Below are positions 1 to 8,579 of a DNA stretch of 20,000 nt, in pieces; position 1 is the stretch's first letter; every line of letters starts with the position of its first letter. Below the pieces are notes generated by a model, which did no database searches, was not told where the DNA came from, and worked only from the letters and a program-made list of their open reading frames with translations. Source of the stretch: an uncultured virus (IMG/VR IMGVR_UViG_3300031851_000008) (taxonomy: Duplodnaviria > Heunggongvirae > Uroviricota > Caudoviricetes); IMG/VR virus record IMGVR_UViG_3300031851_000008; one strand, given 5' to 3'. The position numbers were made by a program, and so were the translations under genes.

Positions 1-183
1 GAAACTCTTACCTCTGTAAAGATGAGGCATTATGGTCAAGTAAATTATTGTAGACAACAAAAAAAGAATGATAAGACACGAAGAATACTAGCAAAGTGTT
101 TTAATGATAGTTGGGCAGACAGATACATTGATACTGTATTATTCAATGAACCAAGAGATAAATATAAAAAAGATATAGATTGA
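1..183 (+). CDS. pcyA: Phycocyanobilin:ferredoxin oxidoreductase, C-terminal part (5'-truncated by window); phage auxiliary metabolic gene
   Basis: Not in ORF track. Frame 1 translates [60 protein letters not shown], matching the PcyA C-terminal signature Q-x-x-YC-x-x-Q-x-x-NDKTRR-x-L-x-x-x-F-x-x-x-WA-x-x-Y-x-x-x-x-LF; TGA at 181-183. Confidence 0.88.
   Translation, partial: ETLTSVKMRHYGQVNYCRQQKKNDKTRRILAKCFNDSWADRYIDTVLFNEPRDKYKKDID
157..164 (+). promoter_or_regulatory. T4-like late promoter (gp55 type) candidate GATAAATA
   Basis: ATAAATA at 158-164, 20 nt upstream of ATG 185; close to T4 late consensus TATAAATA. Confidence 0.55.
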
Positions 184-184
184 T

Positions 185-937
185 ATGGGAGTTGTTTTAG
201 AGGATCTAAAAAAAGAGAGGAACCAACTCAATAAGGCATTGAAAATAATTCCTAAAAAGAAGGCTGCTGCTGAGGCTAAACGTGATAAGTTTCAAGCACC
301 AGCTTTAGAGACTCAGAAGTTGGCAAAAAATAGTTGTGATAGTGCTAATGCAATAAAACAACAAATTATTTCTCTTGGTGGTAATACTGGAGTTAGCACA
401 TCTCTTTATGGAACTAGTGTATCTTCAATAACATCTTTATATGGTAATGTTGTCGGTCTTGCTACTACTGCGACAGGATCATCTGTGGGTGTTGTTGGAT
501 TGGGTTCTGCAATAATTGCCGTAGGATACATCTACGAAGATGTTATTAAGGGGTATGATTATCCTGTTATATCTGGTGAAAATTATGGTGCAGAATATCC
601 TTGGTCAGGTGAAGGATATTATGAAGTTACTAACAGTAATTTGGGTATTGGTAAAAGCACAGAGTTCTTTAGAAGTGGTGGATCTCAAATAGGTATTGTA
701 TTCCATCTAACTTCAATTGAGAGTGCTGTTACCACTTTAAAATCTCAATATTCTGTTGGATTAACTTCTGTCACTGATCAGTGTCTTGTTGCAACTGAAA
801 CTCAAGAAGCAAAGAGTGAGCAAGAATTTGTGATATGGAGTTTTGGACGCGAAGAACAAATTAAAAATGATCGCCTTGCAGAGATCGAGAATTCAGTTAC
901 TAGCGTTACAGATCAGCAGTATGGGGGTCCTTGGTAA
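185..937 (+). CDS. Hypothetical phage protein, probably virion/structural (coiled-coil ends, Gly/Ser/Thr-rich core)
   Basis: 250-aa ORF behind a late-promoter motif; charged helical N- and C-termini and a G/S/T/V-rich middle with VGLAT/LGIG motifs like those in the downstream fibre protein. Confidence 0.6.
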   Translation: MGVVLEDLKKERNQLNKALKIIPKKKAAAEAKRDKFQAPALETQKLAKNSCDSANAIKQQIISLGGNTGVSTSLYGTSVSSITSLYGNVVGLATTATGSSVGVVGLGSAIIAVGYIYEDVIKGYDYPVISGENYGAEYPWSGEGYYEVTNSNLGIGKSTEFFRSGGSQIGIVFHLTSIESAVTTLKSQYSVGLTSVTDQCLVATETQEAKSEQEFVIWSFGREEQIKNDRLAEIENSVTSVTDQQYGGPW

Positions 938-940
938 TAC

Positions 941-969
941 TTGACCATGGTCATATCCTGTGTTATATT
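941..969 (+). promoter_or_regulatory. Sigma70-type promoter for the tRNA gene
   Basis: TTGACC (941-946), 17-nt spacer, TATATT (964-969), with TG at 961-962 (extended -10); ends 8 nt upstream of the tRNA 5' end. Confidence 0.65.
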
Positions 970-977
970 TTTTGTTT

Positions 978-1062
978 GGGAGTGTGGCGGAATCGGTAGA
1001 CGCACCAGACTTAAAATCTGTTGGGAGTTAATCCCGTGGGGGTTCAAGTCCCCCTACTCCTA
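978..1062 (+). tRNA. trnL: tRNA-Leu, anticodon TAA (reads UUA), no intron, CCA not encoded
   Basis: Acceptor GGGAGTG/TACTCCT plus discriminator A1062; D-arm TGGCGGAATCGGTAGACGC; anticodon arm CCAGA-CTTAAAA-TCTGT (TAA at 1012-1014); long variable arm GGGA-GTTAA-TCCC; T-arm GGGGG-TTCAAGT-CCCCC; followed by CCT rather than CCA. Confidence 0.96.
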
Positions 1063-1067
1063 CCTAA

Positions 1068-1075
1068 ACTAAATA
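1068..1075 (+). promoter_or_regulatory. Possible late promoter variant ACTAAATA
   Basis: CTAAATA 18 nt upstream of ATG 1094; variant of the late motif. Confidence 0.4.
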
Positions 1076-1093
1076 TTAAGAAATGGTAACATA

Positions 1094-1384
1094 ATGAAGT
1101 TAAAGTTAACTAAATCATTTTGTTGGTCTCTTGCAGAATCAACTGAACGAATAGTTACCATGTACTTTATAAATGACATTCCATTTACTTGGGATGAGTT
1201 GACAGAGGATCAAGAAGTAGATTATTCTTGTAAGATTGCTGCAGATACTCATAGAAAGGGGTATAGATATACCCCAGAAGATTTGTTCCGTTCTTCGGGA
1301 TATTTAATTATGGAAGAATGCCATCCTTGCTTTTTTGATTTAGATTTAGAGAATCCTGAAATCTTGGCAGAATTAGAAGATTAA
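1094..1384 (+). CDS. Hypothetical acidic protein of cyanophage type
   Basis: 96-aa ORF, in-strand and tightly packed; MYFINDIPFTWDEL and YL-x-x-EECHP segments resemble a recurrent T4-like cyanophage hypothetical (recalled, not searched). Confidence 0.7.
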   Translation: MKLKLTKSFCWSLAESTERIVTMYFINDIPFTWDELTEDQEVDYSCKIAADTHRKGYRYTPEDLFRSSGYLIMEECHPCFFDLDLENPEILAELED

Positions 1385-1393
1385 CGGATTATT

Positions 1394-2491
1394 ATGTTCG
1401 ATTCACAAATATACAATTATGACTCTGATAAATATCGCTTCCGTGATATTATATTGGAATCTATTCAAAAATATTATCCAGACGTAATTGATCTGGAGCA
1501 CCTTCATGAAGTGGTTCCATATAAGTTAGTTGGAGATCTTGTCAAAAAAATTGGTAAAGATATTGCAGACACTGATTTTTATCAAATATTTGATGGACTA
1601 ATTGCTGAGGAAGTTCTCCCACTATTACCGACAGATGTTCTTGTTCAGAGATTTGGTAATATTAGAATAAATGTTCCAGATCAAGATAGGATTGGCGCTG
1701 TCCTCCCCTTCCACCAAGGTAAGTGGGTTGGTAATGGTTTGGGGTTGAGAACAATATGGTTACCCTTTACTGATGCCTATGATTCTAATTCTCTACAGAT
1801 ACTTGACATAGAGAAGAGTAGATGGATTACTGAAGGTTGTCTCAAAGAAAATTGGGATTATCAAAGATTTCAACATTTTTGTTTAAATCATTGTAAACCT
1901 GTCAATATAACTCAGAATCAGTTTTTGATGTTCACTCAGGAGAATATTCATGGTGCAGTTCCAAATCGAACTGGTAAGACTAGAATAAGTATTGATGTTA
2001 GGGTTCTCCTTAGAGGTGGACAACCTCATAGGAAATGGCCAGGAGCATATTTTAGAATTCTTGGTGATACAGATATTCAGTCAAGGAATGTTTCTATTCT
2101 GGATCACGAGAATGTCGTCATGTATGCAGAATACGAGGGATTTAAAACTAGTCATATAGACTTACACTTTCAGACTTTAACCGTTAAAGATTATTGTAAT
2201 AGGATGGGATATGCATTCCCACATCAAACTGGTGATAATGAAGGAAGAGATCATACATATTTGGAGTACCTAATTAAGCAGGATACTTTAGATCATATTT
2301 TAATGTTTAGTATATTTTCTCTTCCCGATAATATTGATAGAAGAAAATATTTAATGAATCTGTCTTTAGAATATGGTTGCAAGTTACACTTCGCTAACGA
2401 AGAATTTGTCTTAGACAGTGAAGATATGCTACATAAAATAGAATATTTACGCAGTTTTACTGCAGATTGGAGTAGTCCTGTATGCAAATAA
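1394..2491 (+). CDS. Two-domain protein: N-terminal Fe(II)/2OG-dependent enzyme (StrG/PhyH-like) with HxG motif, plus C-terminal domain resembling the 'sporadic carbohydrate cluster' TIGR04323 family
   Basis: H107-Q-G109, TIWLPFT strand, distal H186 in HGAVPNRTGKTRISIDVR (R197-x-S199 2OG-binding). From about residue 240: Q-x-L-x-VKDYC, SIFSLP-x4-RR and LHFANE motifs. Confidence 0.7.
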   Translation: MFDSQIYNYDSDKYRFRDIILESIQKYYPDVIDLEHLHEVVPYKLVGDLVKKIGKDIADTDFYQIFDGLIAEEVLPLLPTDVLVQRFGNIRINVPDQDRIGAVLPFHQGKWVGNGLGLRTIWLPFTDAYDSNSLQILDIEKSRWITEGCLKENWDYQRFQHFCLNHCKPVNITQNQFLMFTQENIHGAVPNRTGKTRISIDVRVLLRGGQPHRKWPGAYFRILGDTDIQSRNVSILDHENVVMYAEYEGFKTSHIDLHFQTLTVKDYCNRMGYAFPHQTGDNEGRDHTYLEYLIKQDTLDHILMFSIFSLPDNIDRRKYLMNLSLEYGCKLHFANEEFVLDSEDMLHKIEYLRSFTADWSSPVCK

Positions 2492-2652
2492 AAATTTGGT
2501 ACAGTGAGGAGATGCATCAATGGCGTTGGATTCTCACAAATGACGACGATAACTATCTACAAGAATCTGGTCAACAGAAGTATCTTGCAGAAGCAATGGC
2601 AGATATAACTGCCACGGTTGAGTACGTTTTAGAGTGTAATCAATCTGAATAA
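2482..2652 (+). CDS. Small hypothetical protein (56 aa), missed by ORF track
   Basis: ATG 2482 overlaps the upstream stop; MQIKIWYSEEMHQWRWILTNDDDNYLQESGQQKYLAEAMADITATVEYVLECNQSE*, TAA 2650-2652. Fills the gap exactly; the WY..QWRW..QESG..AM..TVEY pattern recalls a small conserved cyanophage protein. Confidence 0.75.
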   Translation: MQIKIWYSEEMHQWRWILTNDDDNYLQESGQQKYLAEAMADITATVEYVLECNQSE

Positions 2653-2655
2653 ATA
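2648..2655 (+). promoter_or_regulatory. T4-like late promoter AATAAATA
   Basis: ATAAATA at 2649-2655, about 30 nt upstream of the structural gene ATG (2685). Confidence 0.65.
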
Positions 2656-2684
2656 AAACATAGCAATAGTACTTGTGGAATAAA

Positions 2685-5600
2685 ATGGGTCTTAGTCGCT
2701 TAGATAATTTTCTGAAAAATAGTAGAGGAGATATCCTTTACGTTGATCCTTCAAGTATTGACTCGACGGATAGTATTGAAAACCAAGGTAACTCTTTGGT
2801 TAGACCCTTCAAAACTATCCAAAGGGCATTAATTGAAGCAGCAAGATTCTCTTACCAGAAGGGATTTGACAATGATAGGTTCAGTAGAACAACTATCATT
2901 GTATATCCTGGCGAGCACCTGATTGATAATAGACCAGGTTGGATACCCATACATGATAATCCACAAGGCGGAAATAATTATTTGACTCGTAGTGGATCTG
3001 CATCCAATGCGTTATCCGAATTTACTTTGGATACTAATTTTGATATTGATGATCCAGACAACGATCTCTACAAGATGAACTCGGTATACGGGGGTGTGAT
3101 TATTCCCCGTGGTACATCTATCGTTGGATTGGATCTTCGTAAAACTAAAATTAGACCAAAGTTTGTACCAGATCCTTCTGATACTGATATTAGTAGAACT
3201 TGTTTGTTCCGTGTAACGGGTACTTGTTACTTCTATCAGTTTACTTTCTTTGACGCTGACCCAAGTTCTAGAGTATTTAAAGATTACAGCACCTCTATTT
3301 TTGTACCCAATTTCTCTCACCACAAGTTAACTTGTTTTGAGTATGCTGATGGTGTAAACCCTGTCGCTTTTAATGATTCATTCCTTAACTATAACACCAC
3401 AAGGACTGACCTAGATCTTTACTATCAAAGAATTGGTCTAGCATTTGGTGCTTCTAGTGGAAGAGAGATTGGTCCTGACACTCCAGATAGTGGGGTTGAC
3501 ATTCAGACCAAGGTTGATGAATTTAGAATCGTTGGTTCTAAAGGTGAGAATATTGGTATTAGTAGTATTAAGGCGGGTAATGGTGTAACTGCAAACACCA
3601 CAATTACTGTGGATCTTGTAGAAGAACTCGATGGACTGGACGTTGATACTCCTATAAGAATTGAGGGTGTTCCTACTGGTGGATATAATGGTTCATTTGT
3701 AATTAATTCTGTTGAGAGTAAAACTAGAATTAATTACGAGGTCTCTAGTCCTCCAGCAAATCCTCTACCTTCAATTGTTGCTGGATCTGCAACCCTGAAT
3801 ATTGTTGTTGACTCGGTAACTTCTGCTTCTCCATATATCTTTAACTGTTCATTGAGATCAGTATTTGGTATGTGTGGTCTCCATGCTGATGGTAGCAAGG
3901 CGACTGGATTTAAGTCGATGGTTGTAGCTCAATTCACTGGAATTGGTCTACAAAAAGATGATGAGGCATTTGTAAAATATAACGCAATATCTGGTGTATA
4001 TGAAGATTCTACCGCTGTAGAGAACTTACATACAGATACATCTGCTGTTTATAAACCAGATTATGAGAACTTCCACATTAAGGGGTCTAATGATGCCTTC
4101 TTGCAGTTGGTCTCAGTATTTGCTATTGGATATGCTAACCACTTCCTGTCGGATACTGGTGGTGATATGTCTATCACCAACTCTAACTCTAACTTTGGAG
4201 CAAAAGCATTAATTTGTGTCGGATTTAGAAATAATGCCTTCCCTAGAGATGATACGGGATTTATCACTCACATCCTTCCACCACAAGAACTTACTACAGA
4301 TGAAGTAAACCTTGAGTGGGAAGCAATTGACGTTGCAAGAACAGTTTCTGTAGGACAAACCAGCAGATTATATTTGTATAATCAGTTCAATGCTAATGTC
4401 TCACCACAATCTGTAATTCAAGGATATAGAATTGGTGCAAAAAATCAGGATAGATTGAAGGTTATCATTAATATTAATGGTCAACCTGAGGTTAAACAAG
4501 CAGATATTATTATGCCCGAAACACAGGGCACTGGTGTCTTTGAGACAACTGCTACCAAAATACACACTGTTGGTAGAACTGCCATCGGTATTAATAGTAT
4601 TACTTCTAATATATTCACTCTTACACAACCACACTCATTTATCAGTGGGGAATCTCTCAGAATTTTGAGTGATGATGGAGAACTTCCTGATGGTTTAGAC
4701 CATAATAGACTTTATTATGCAATTACCGCTGGTATTAATACTGACCAAGTTAAGTTGGGTCAAACTCTTAATGATACAATCAGTGCTTCTGCTGTAACTG
4801 TAAACAGTAAAGGTGGTATTCTTCAAATTGAATCCAGAGTATCTGATAAGAAGTCTGGAGACATTGCTCACCCAGTACAATATGATGACACTCAACAGCA
4901 ATGGTATGTTCAGGTAAGTGAAGACAGTACAAAAAATAATATTTACAGCACTATCGTTGGATTAGGAACATTATCTCTTGGAGATGCATCTCCAAAGACA
5001 TTCATTTCTAGAACTCCAGATAATAGATCACTTGAAGATAAAATCTACAAAGTTAGATATGTTGTACCTAGAGATTCTTCTGTTCTTGGTAGACCACCAG
5101 AAGATTCTTTCGTACTTCAAGAATCTGGACAAACAGTTGGACTTACTAATAATGAAATCTCCAAGTTTAAGAGTGTAAGTCCTGTTATTCTTTCTAACAG
5201 TTCTGAATTAAGAAACCCTAGAATGCTCGCAAGTGCTGTCTGGGATGCCACTAGTGGTATTGCTACTATACACACAGAAGTACCACACCAGTTATCTACT
5301 GGTTCTCAAGTTCAGATCTTCAATGTTGTATCTACAGCAAACACTACTGGTATTGCAAACACTGGATTTAACGGTGTATTTGCGGTTACTGGAAGACCAG
5401 ATAGAAAAGCGTTTACTGTTGGTCTCAATACTAACCCTGGACAGTTTGATAACAATACTGATTTAAGAACTACGGATCTTCCTAGGTATGAGAGAAAGAA
5501 TCTTAATAACACATTATTTGTATATAAGAAGGAAGAAGTTCAGGAATATATTCCAAATGCGAAAGATGGTGTTTATCACTTAACCTTAATTGATGCATCT

Positions 5601-8510
5601 TCTAAACCTGCTGTCACTCCATTCCAGAATTTAAGATATCAGCAACCACTTAAGAACCTATTCCCACAACTCGATAGAGATAATCCAGTCTCTGACCCAG
5701 AGCAAACGAGAACATTTGCTCTTCCAACTCCTCTTGGACTTACTGAGGTTAATGATCCTCAGAAAAACCTGACTAAAGAGGTAATTAATAAGAATATTAG
5801 AGACATCAAGATTGGATTTGATGTTGCAGATGTTCTATCTCAGAGTGGTATTGCTCACACTATCCAAACTTTAGGTGACCATGGATTCAATGCGGTCACT
5901 AAAGTTGGTGTTACTAGCACTGGTTTAAATTATGGTAATGGTTCTGGAAGTATTCAGACTCTTTATAATGCTAACTTAGTTGGTTTTGGCAACTCTGATA
6001 CAGGTAAGTTTGCTACAGCAAACGTTCAAATTGATGTTGATGGTGCAATTACTGCTGTCAAGATTGTTGACGGTGGATCTGCATATGGTATTGGTAACAC
6101 TCTTGCTGTTACTGGTATTGGTTCTACTGGGGGATTTGTTCAAGGTTATGTTACTGTTGAAGAAATCCATAACAGTGTTGGTGATGCTATCAGACTTGAT
6201 GGTATTAGGGATGATCGTTTTGTAGATTATAATAACATCTATACCATCTCTGGAATTACTTTAGGTGATGATGTTAATGTAAATGTAACTTCTGCATCTG
6301 AGATCCTTGCTAAATTCCCATTCACGGGAGCACAAGCAGTCGCTGGTATCAATACTAATGGATTGAGTAATATATCTGCAGCAATTCTTTCAGATGTTAC
6401 TGCCTATATGACAGGTAAGACTGTAGGTATTACTTCAATTACTTACAATAACCTGACTGGTATTGCTAGTGTTACTTGTGACAACTCTCACGGAATGTTG
6501 GTTGGTAACAACATTAAGTTTGGTGGATTCTCCGAAGATATTCTGAATGGTGACTTCACCGTTGATACTGTCTACACTGTTGATAGTCTGTCAGTTAAAG
6601 TTGGCGTCGGTACTACAGTAGTATCACCAACTGGTGGTGGACTAATTTATCCTAAAGGTATTACATCTCAGGCAGATAGTATTGATTTTAATGATGAAGC
6701 AGTATCTGCTAGATTGGTTCCTCAGTATGCGGGTATTCAAACCAATATTGTTGCCTCTTTAACTGACACTACTCTCAACACTTTGACCGTGCAAAATGCA
6801 AGTCACGGTGGTTGGGATGTTGGTGATTATCTCGTTATGAATAATGAGATCATGCGTATTAGTCAGTCAGTTAGTAGTGAGAATGCTATTGATGTCTTCC
6901 GTGGATTGTTTGGATCACAAAAACAACAGCACCCAATTGGATCTGTAGTTAAGAAAGTTAGTTTTAAACCTGTTGAATTTAGAAGAAACTCTATTCAACG
7001 TGCATCTGGACATACTTTTGAATATCTTGGATTCGGTCCTGGTAACTACTCTACTGCACTCCCAGAGAGACAGGATAGACAGTTTAAGCAGGTTGAGAGA
7101 TTGTTATCTCAGTCAGTATCTATTGACGGTGGTACTCCATTCTATAATGGACTTGATGATAGAGGTAATTCTTATACTGTTAACAAATTCACTAGTGGTA
7201 CAACTGGTAAAGACTTAGTTACTAATGCACCAGTTCCTACTGTAAGAGGTGAAGACATCACTAGTGATAGTGGTGAGATTGGATTTGATGTAACTTCTAG
7301 TGAACAACTTACAATTAATAGGGGATTGGTTGTTGATGGTGGTAAGGACAATGTTATCATCTCTGAGTTCAATGGACCTGCGGTATTCAATAAGAAAATT
7401 ACTGCAAATGCTCCGATTGAAGGTAATAGTGTTCTGATCCAGGGTGATCAAACTATTGCTAGAGAGTACACTGTTGGTATCTCTACACCACAAGTTGCTG
7501 GAAACGTTGGTAACGTTGTATATGACGCTGAACCAAGATCTGGTGGTGAAATTGGGTGGGTTTATACTAACGATAATAACTGGAAGAAGTTTGCTCCTAT
7601 CCAAGCAAATCCAGACAACTATTACGTTGGTCTTTGGAGTGGTTCATTCAAGGGTGATGGTAGTCAGTTAACAAACGTATCTGATGTTTGGGTATTTGAC
7701 GGTGTTGGTGTCTCGACTACCGCACAAGTTGGTATTGAAACTAGTCAAGCAAAAGCAGGATATTCTCTGTATGCTGCTGGTCCTGTTCTCTTTGAGAATA
7801 ACGTTGAATTTAGAATGGGTTCCTTAGTTTGGAACGTTACTGATGGGTGGATTGTTGAGACTGGTATTACTACTTTTAATCAGCAAGTCAACTTTAACAC
7901 TACAAACACTATTGGTATTGCAACGTTTGTTAATGATGTTATTGTCACAACAGATAAAAACACCACAGGTGATACTCAAGGTAATTATGTAAGATTTACT
8001 CAAACTGATCAGGCACTCAATAGTTCTTACTTCTATGGTGGAATTAAGTTTGAAGGTAGAGACATCAGTAATGATGGTGAGCGCGGATTTGTTAAGGGTG
8101 TATCTGAAGGTACTTCTGGTCAATTTGGATTAAGTTTTGGTACTCAAGACTCTGGTCCATCTAATCCTTTAGAAAGACTGAGAATTAATAAAGATGGAAA
8201 TGCTACATTCTCTGGAACTGTTACTGCAAACTCTGACGAGAGACTTAAAGAAAATGTTGTTGGTATCACTAACGCACTTGATAAAGTTCTCGATCTGCGA
8301 GGTGTATTCTTTAATAGAATAGGTGATCCAGAACGTCAGATTGGTGTAATTGCACAAGAAGTTGAGAAGGTTATTCCTGAATTAGTTCTTGAGGCGAGTG
8401 ATGGAGTTAAATCTGTTGCATACCAGAATATGGTTGCGGTTCTGATTGAGGCAATCAAGGAGCAGCAAGAACAGATCAACGAGTTGAAGGACAGGTTGGA
8501 CAATCTCTAA
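2685..8510 (+). CDS. Large virion structural / tail-fibre-like protein with C-terminal peptidase S74 intramolecular chaperone domain
   Basis: Likely start ATG 2685 (MGLSRLDNFLK; track uses TTG 2673). N-terminal LYV...G-x-S-x-x-RPFKTIQRAL (DUF1565-like beta-helix cap); repeated T-x-x-x-H-x-[LF]-x-x-G beta modules; ends with SDERLKEN...IGVIAQEVEKVIPELV...SVAYQNMVAVLIEAIKEQ plus coiled coil (S74 autocleavage chaperone); late promoter upstream. Confidence 0.88.
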   Translation: MGLSRLDNFLKNSRGDILYVDPSSIDSTDSIENQGNSLVRPFKTIQRALIEAARFSYQKGFDNDRFSRTTIIVYPGEHLIDNRPGWIPIHDNPQGGNNYLTRSGSASNALSEFTLDTNFDIDDPDNDLYKMNSVYGGVIIPRGTSIVGLDLRKTKIRPKFVPDPSDTDISRTCLFRVTGTCYFYQFTFFDADPSSRVFKDYSTSIFVPNFSHHKLTCFEYADGVNPVAFNDSFLNYNTTRTDLDLYYQRIGLAFGASSGREIGPDTPDSGVDIQTKVDEFRIVGSKGENIGISSIKAGNGVTANTTITVDLVEELDGLDVDTPIRIEGVPTGGYNGSFVINSVESKTRINYEVSSPPANPLPSIVAGSATLNIVVDSVTSASPYIFNCSLRSVFGMCGLHADGSKATGFKSMVVAQFTGIGLQKDDEAFVKYNAISGVYEDSTAVENLHTDTSAVYKPDYENFHIKGSNDAFLQLVSVFAIGYANHFLSDTGGDMSITNSNSNFGAKALICVGFRNNAFPRDDTGFITHILPPQELTTDEVNLEWEAIDVARTVSVGQTSRLYLYNQFNANVSPQSVIQGYRIGAKNQDRLKVIININGQPEVKQADIIMPETQGTGVFETTATKIHTVGRTAIGINSITSNIFTLTQPHSFISGESLRILSDDGELPDGLDHNRLYYAITAGINTDQVKLGQTLNDTISASAVTVNSKGGILQIESRVSDKKSGDIAHPVQYDDTQQQWYVQVSEDSTKNNIYSTIVGLGTLSLGDASPKTFISRTPDNRSLEDKIYKVRYVVPRDSSVLGRPPEDSFVLQESGQTVGLTNNEISKFKSVSPVILSNSSELRNPRMLASAVWDATSGIATIHTEVPHQLSTGSQVQIFNVVSTANTTGIANTGFNGVFAVTGRPDRKAFTVGLNTNPGQFDNNTDLRTTDLPRYERKNLNNTLFVYKKEEVQEYIPNAKDGVYHLTLIDASSKPAVTPFQNLRYQQPLKNLFPQLDRDNPVSDPEQTRTFALPTPLGLTEVNDPQKNLTKEVINKNIRDIKIGFDVADVLSQSGIAHTIQTLGDHGFNAVTKVGVTSTGLNYGNGSGSIQTLYNANLVGFGNSDTGKFATANVQIDVDGAITAVKIVDGGSAYGIGNTLAVTGIGSTGGFVQGYVTVEEIHNSVGDAIRLDGIRDDRFVDYNNIYTISGITLGDDVNVNVTSASEILAKFPFTGAQAVAGINTNGLSNISAAILSDVTAYMTGKTVGITSITYNNLTGIASVTCDNSHGMLVGNNIKFGGFSEDILNGDFTVDTVYTVDSLSVKVGVGTTVVSPTGGGLIYPKGITSQADSIDFNDEAVSARLVPQYAGIQTNIVASLTDTTLNTLTVQNASHGGWDVGDYLVMNNEIMRISQSVSSENAIDVFRGLFGSQKQQHPIGSVVKKVSFKPVEFRRNSIQRASGHTFEYLGFGPGNYSTALPERQDRQFKQVERLLSQSVSIDGGTPFYNGLDDRGNSYTVNKFTSGTTGKDLVTNAPVPTVRGEDITSDSGEIGFDVTSSEQLTINRGLVVDGGKDNVIISEFNGPAVFNKKITANAPIEGNSVLIQGDQTIAREYTVGISTPQVAGNVGNVVYDAEPRSGGEIGWVYTNDNNWKKFAPIQANPDNYYVGLWSGSFKGDGSQLTNVSDVWVFDGVGVSTTAQVGIETSQAKAGYSLYAAGPVLFENNVEFRMGSLVWNVTDGWIVETGITTFNQQVNFNTTNTIGIATFVNDVIVTTDKNTTGDTQGNYVRFTQTDQALNSSYFYGGIKFEGRDISNDGERGFVKGVSEGTSGQFGLSFGTQDSGPSNPLERLRINKDGNATFSGTVTANSDERLKENVVGITNALDKVLDLRGVFFNRIGDPERQIGVIAQEVEKVIPELVLEASDGVKSVAYQNMVAVLIEAIKEQQEQINELKDRLDNL

Positions 8511-8553
8511 ACTGTCACGGGGGGCATTGCCCCCCTTTTTTATGGGTTATAAT
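8497..8553 (+). promoter_or_regulatory. Putative early (host sigma70) promoter with upstream GACA-N10-TGTC inverted repeat
   Basis: Perfect TATAAT at 8548-8553; TTGCCC at 8527-8532 (short 15-nt spacer); GACA(8499-8502)-N10-TGTC(8513-8516) upstream; GTG start at 8580. Confidence 0.5.
8519..8541 (+). terminator. Rho-independent terminator
   Basis: GGGGGGC-ATT-GCCCCCC followed by TTTTTT, 8 nt after the fibre gene stop codon. Confidence 0.85.
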
Positions 8554-8579
8554 TACGGGGTAAAGCGATTCTTCCATTC

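Noticed and set aside
978..1062. Group I intron in tRNA-Leu(UAA), as in many cyanobacteria
   Set aside because: The anticodon loop CTTAAAA is uninterrupted.
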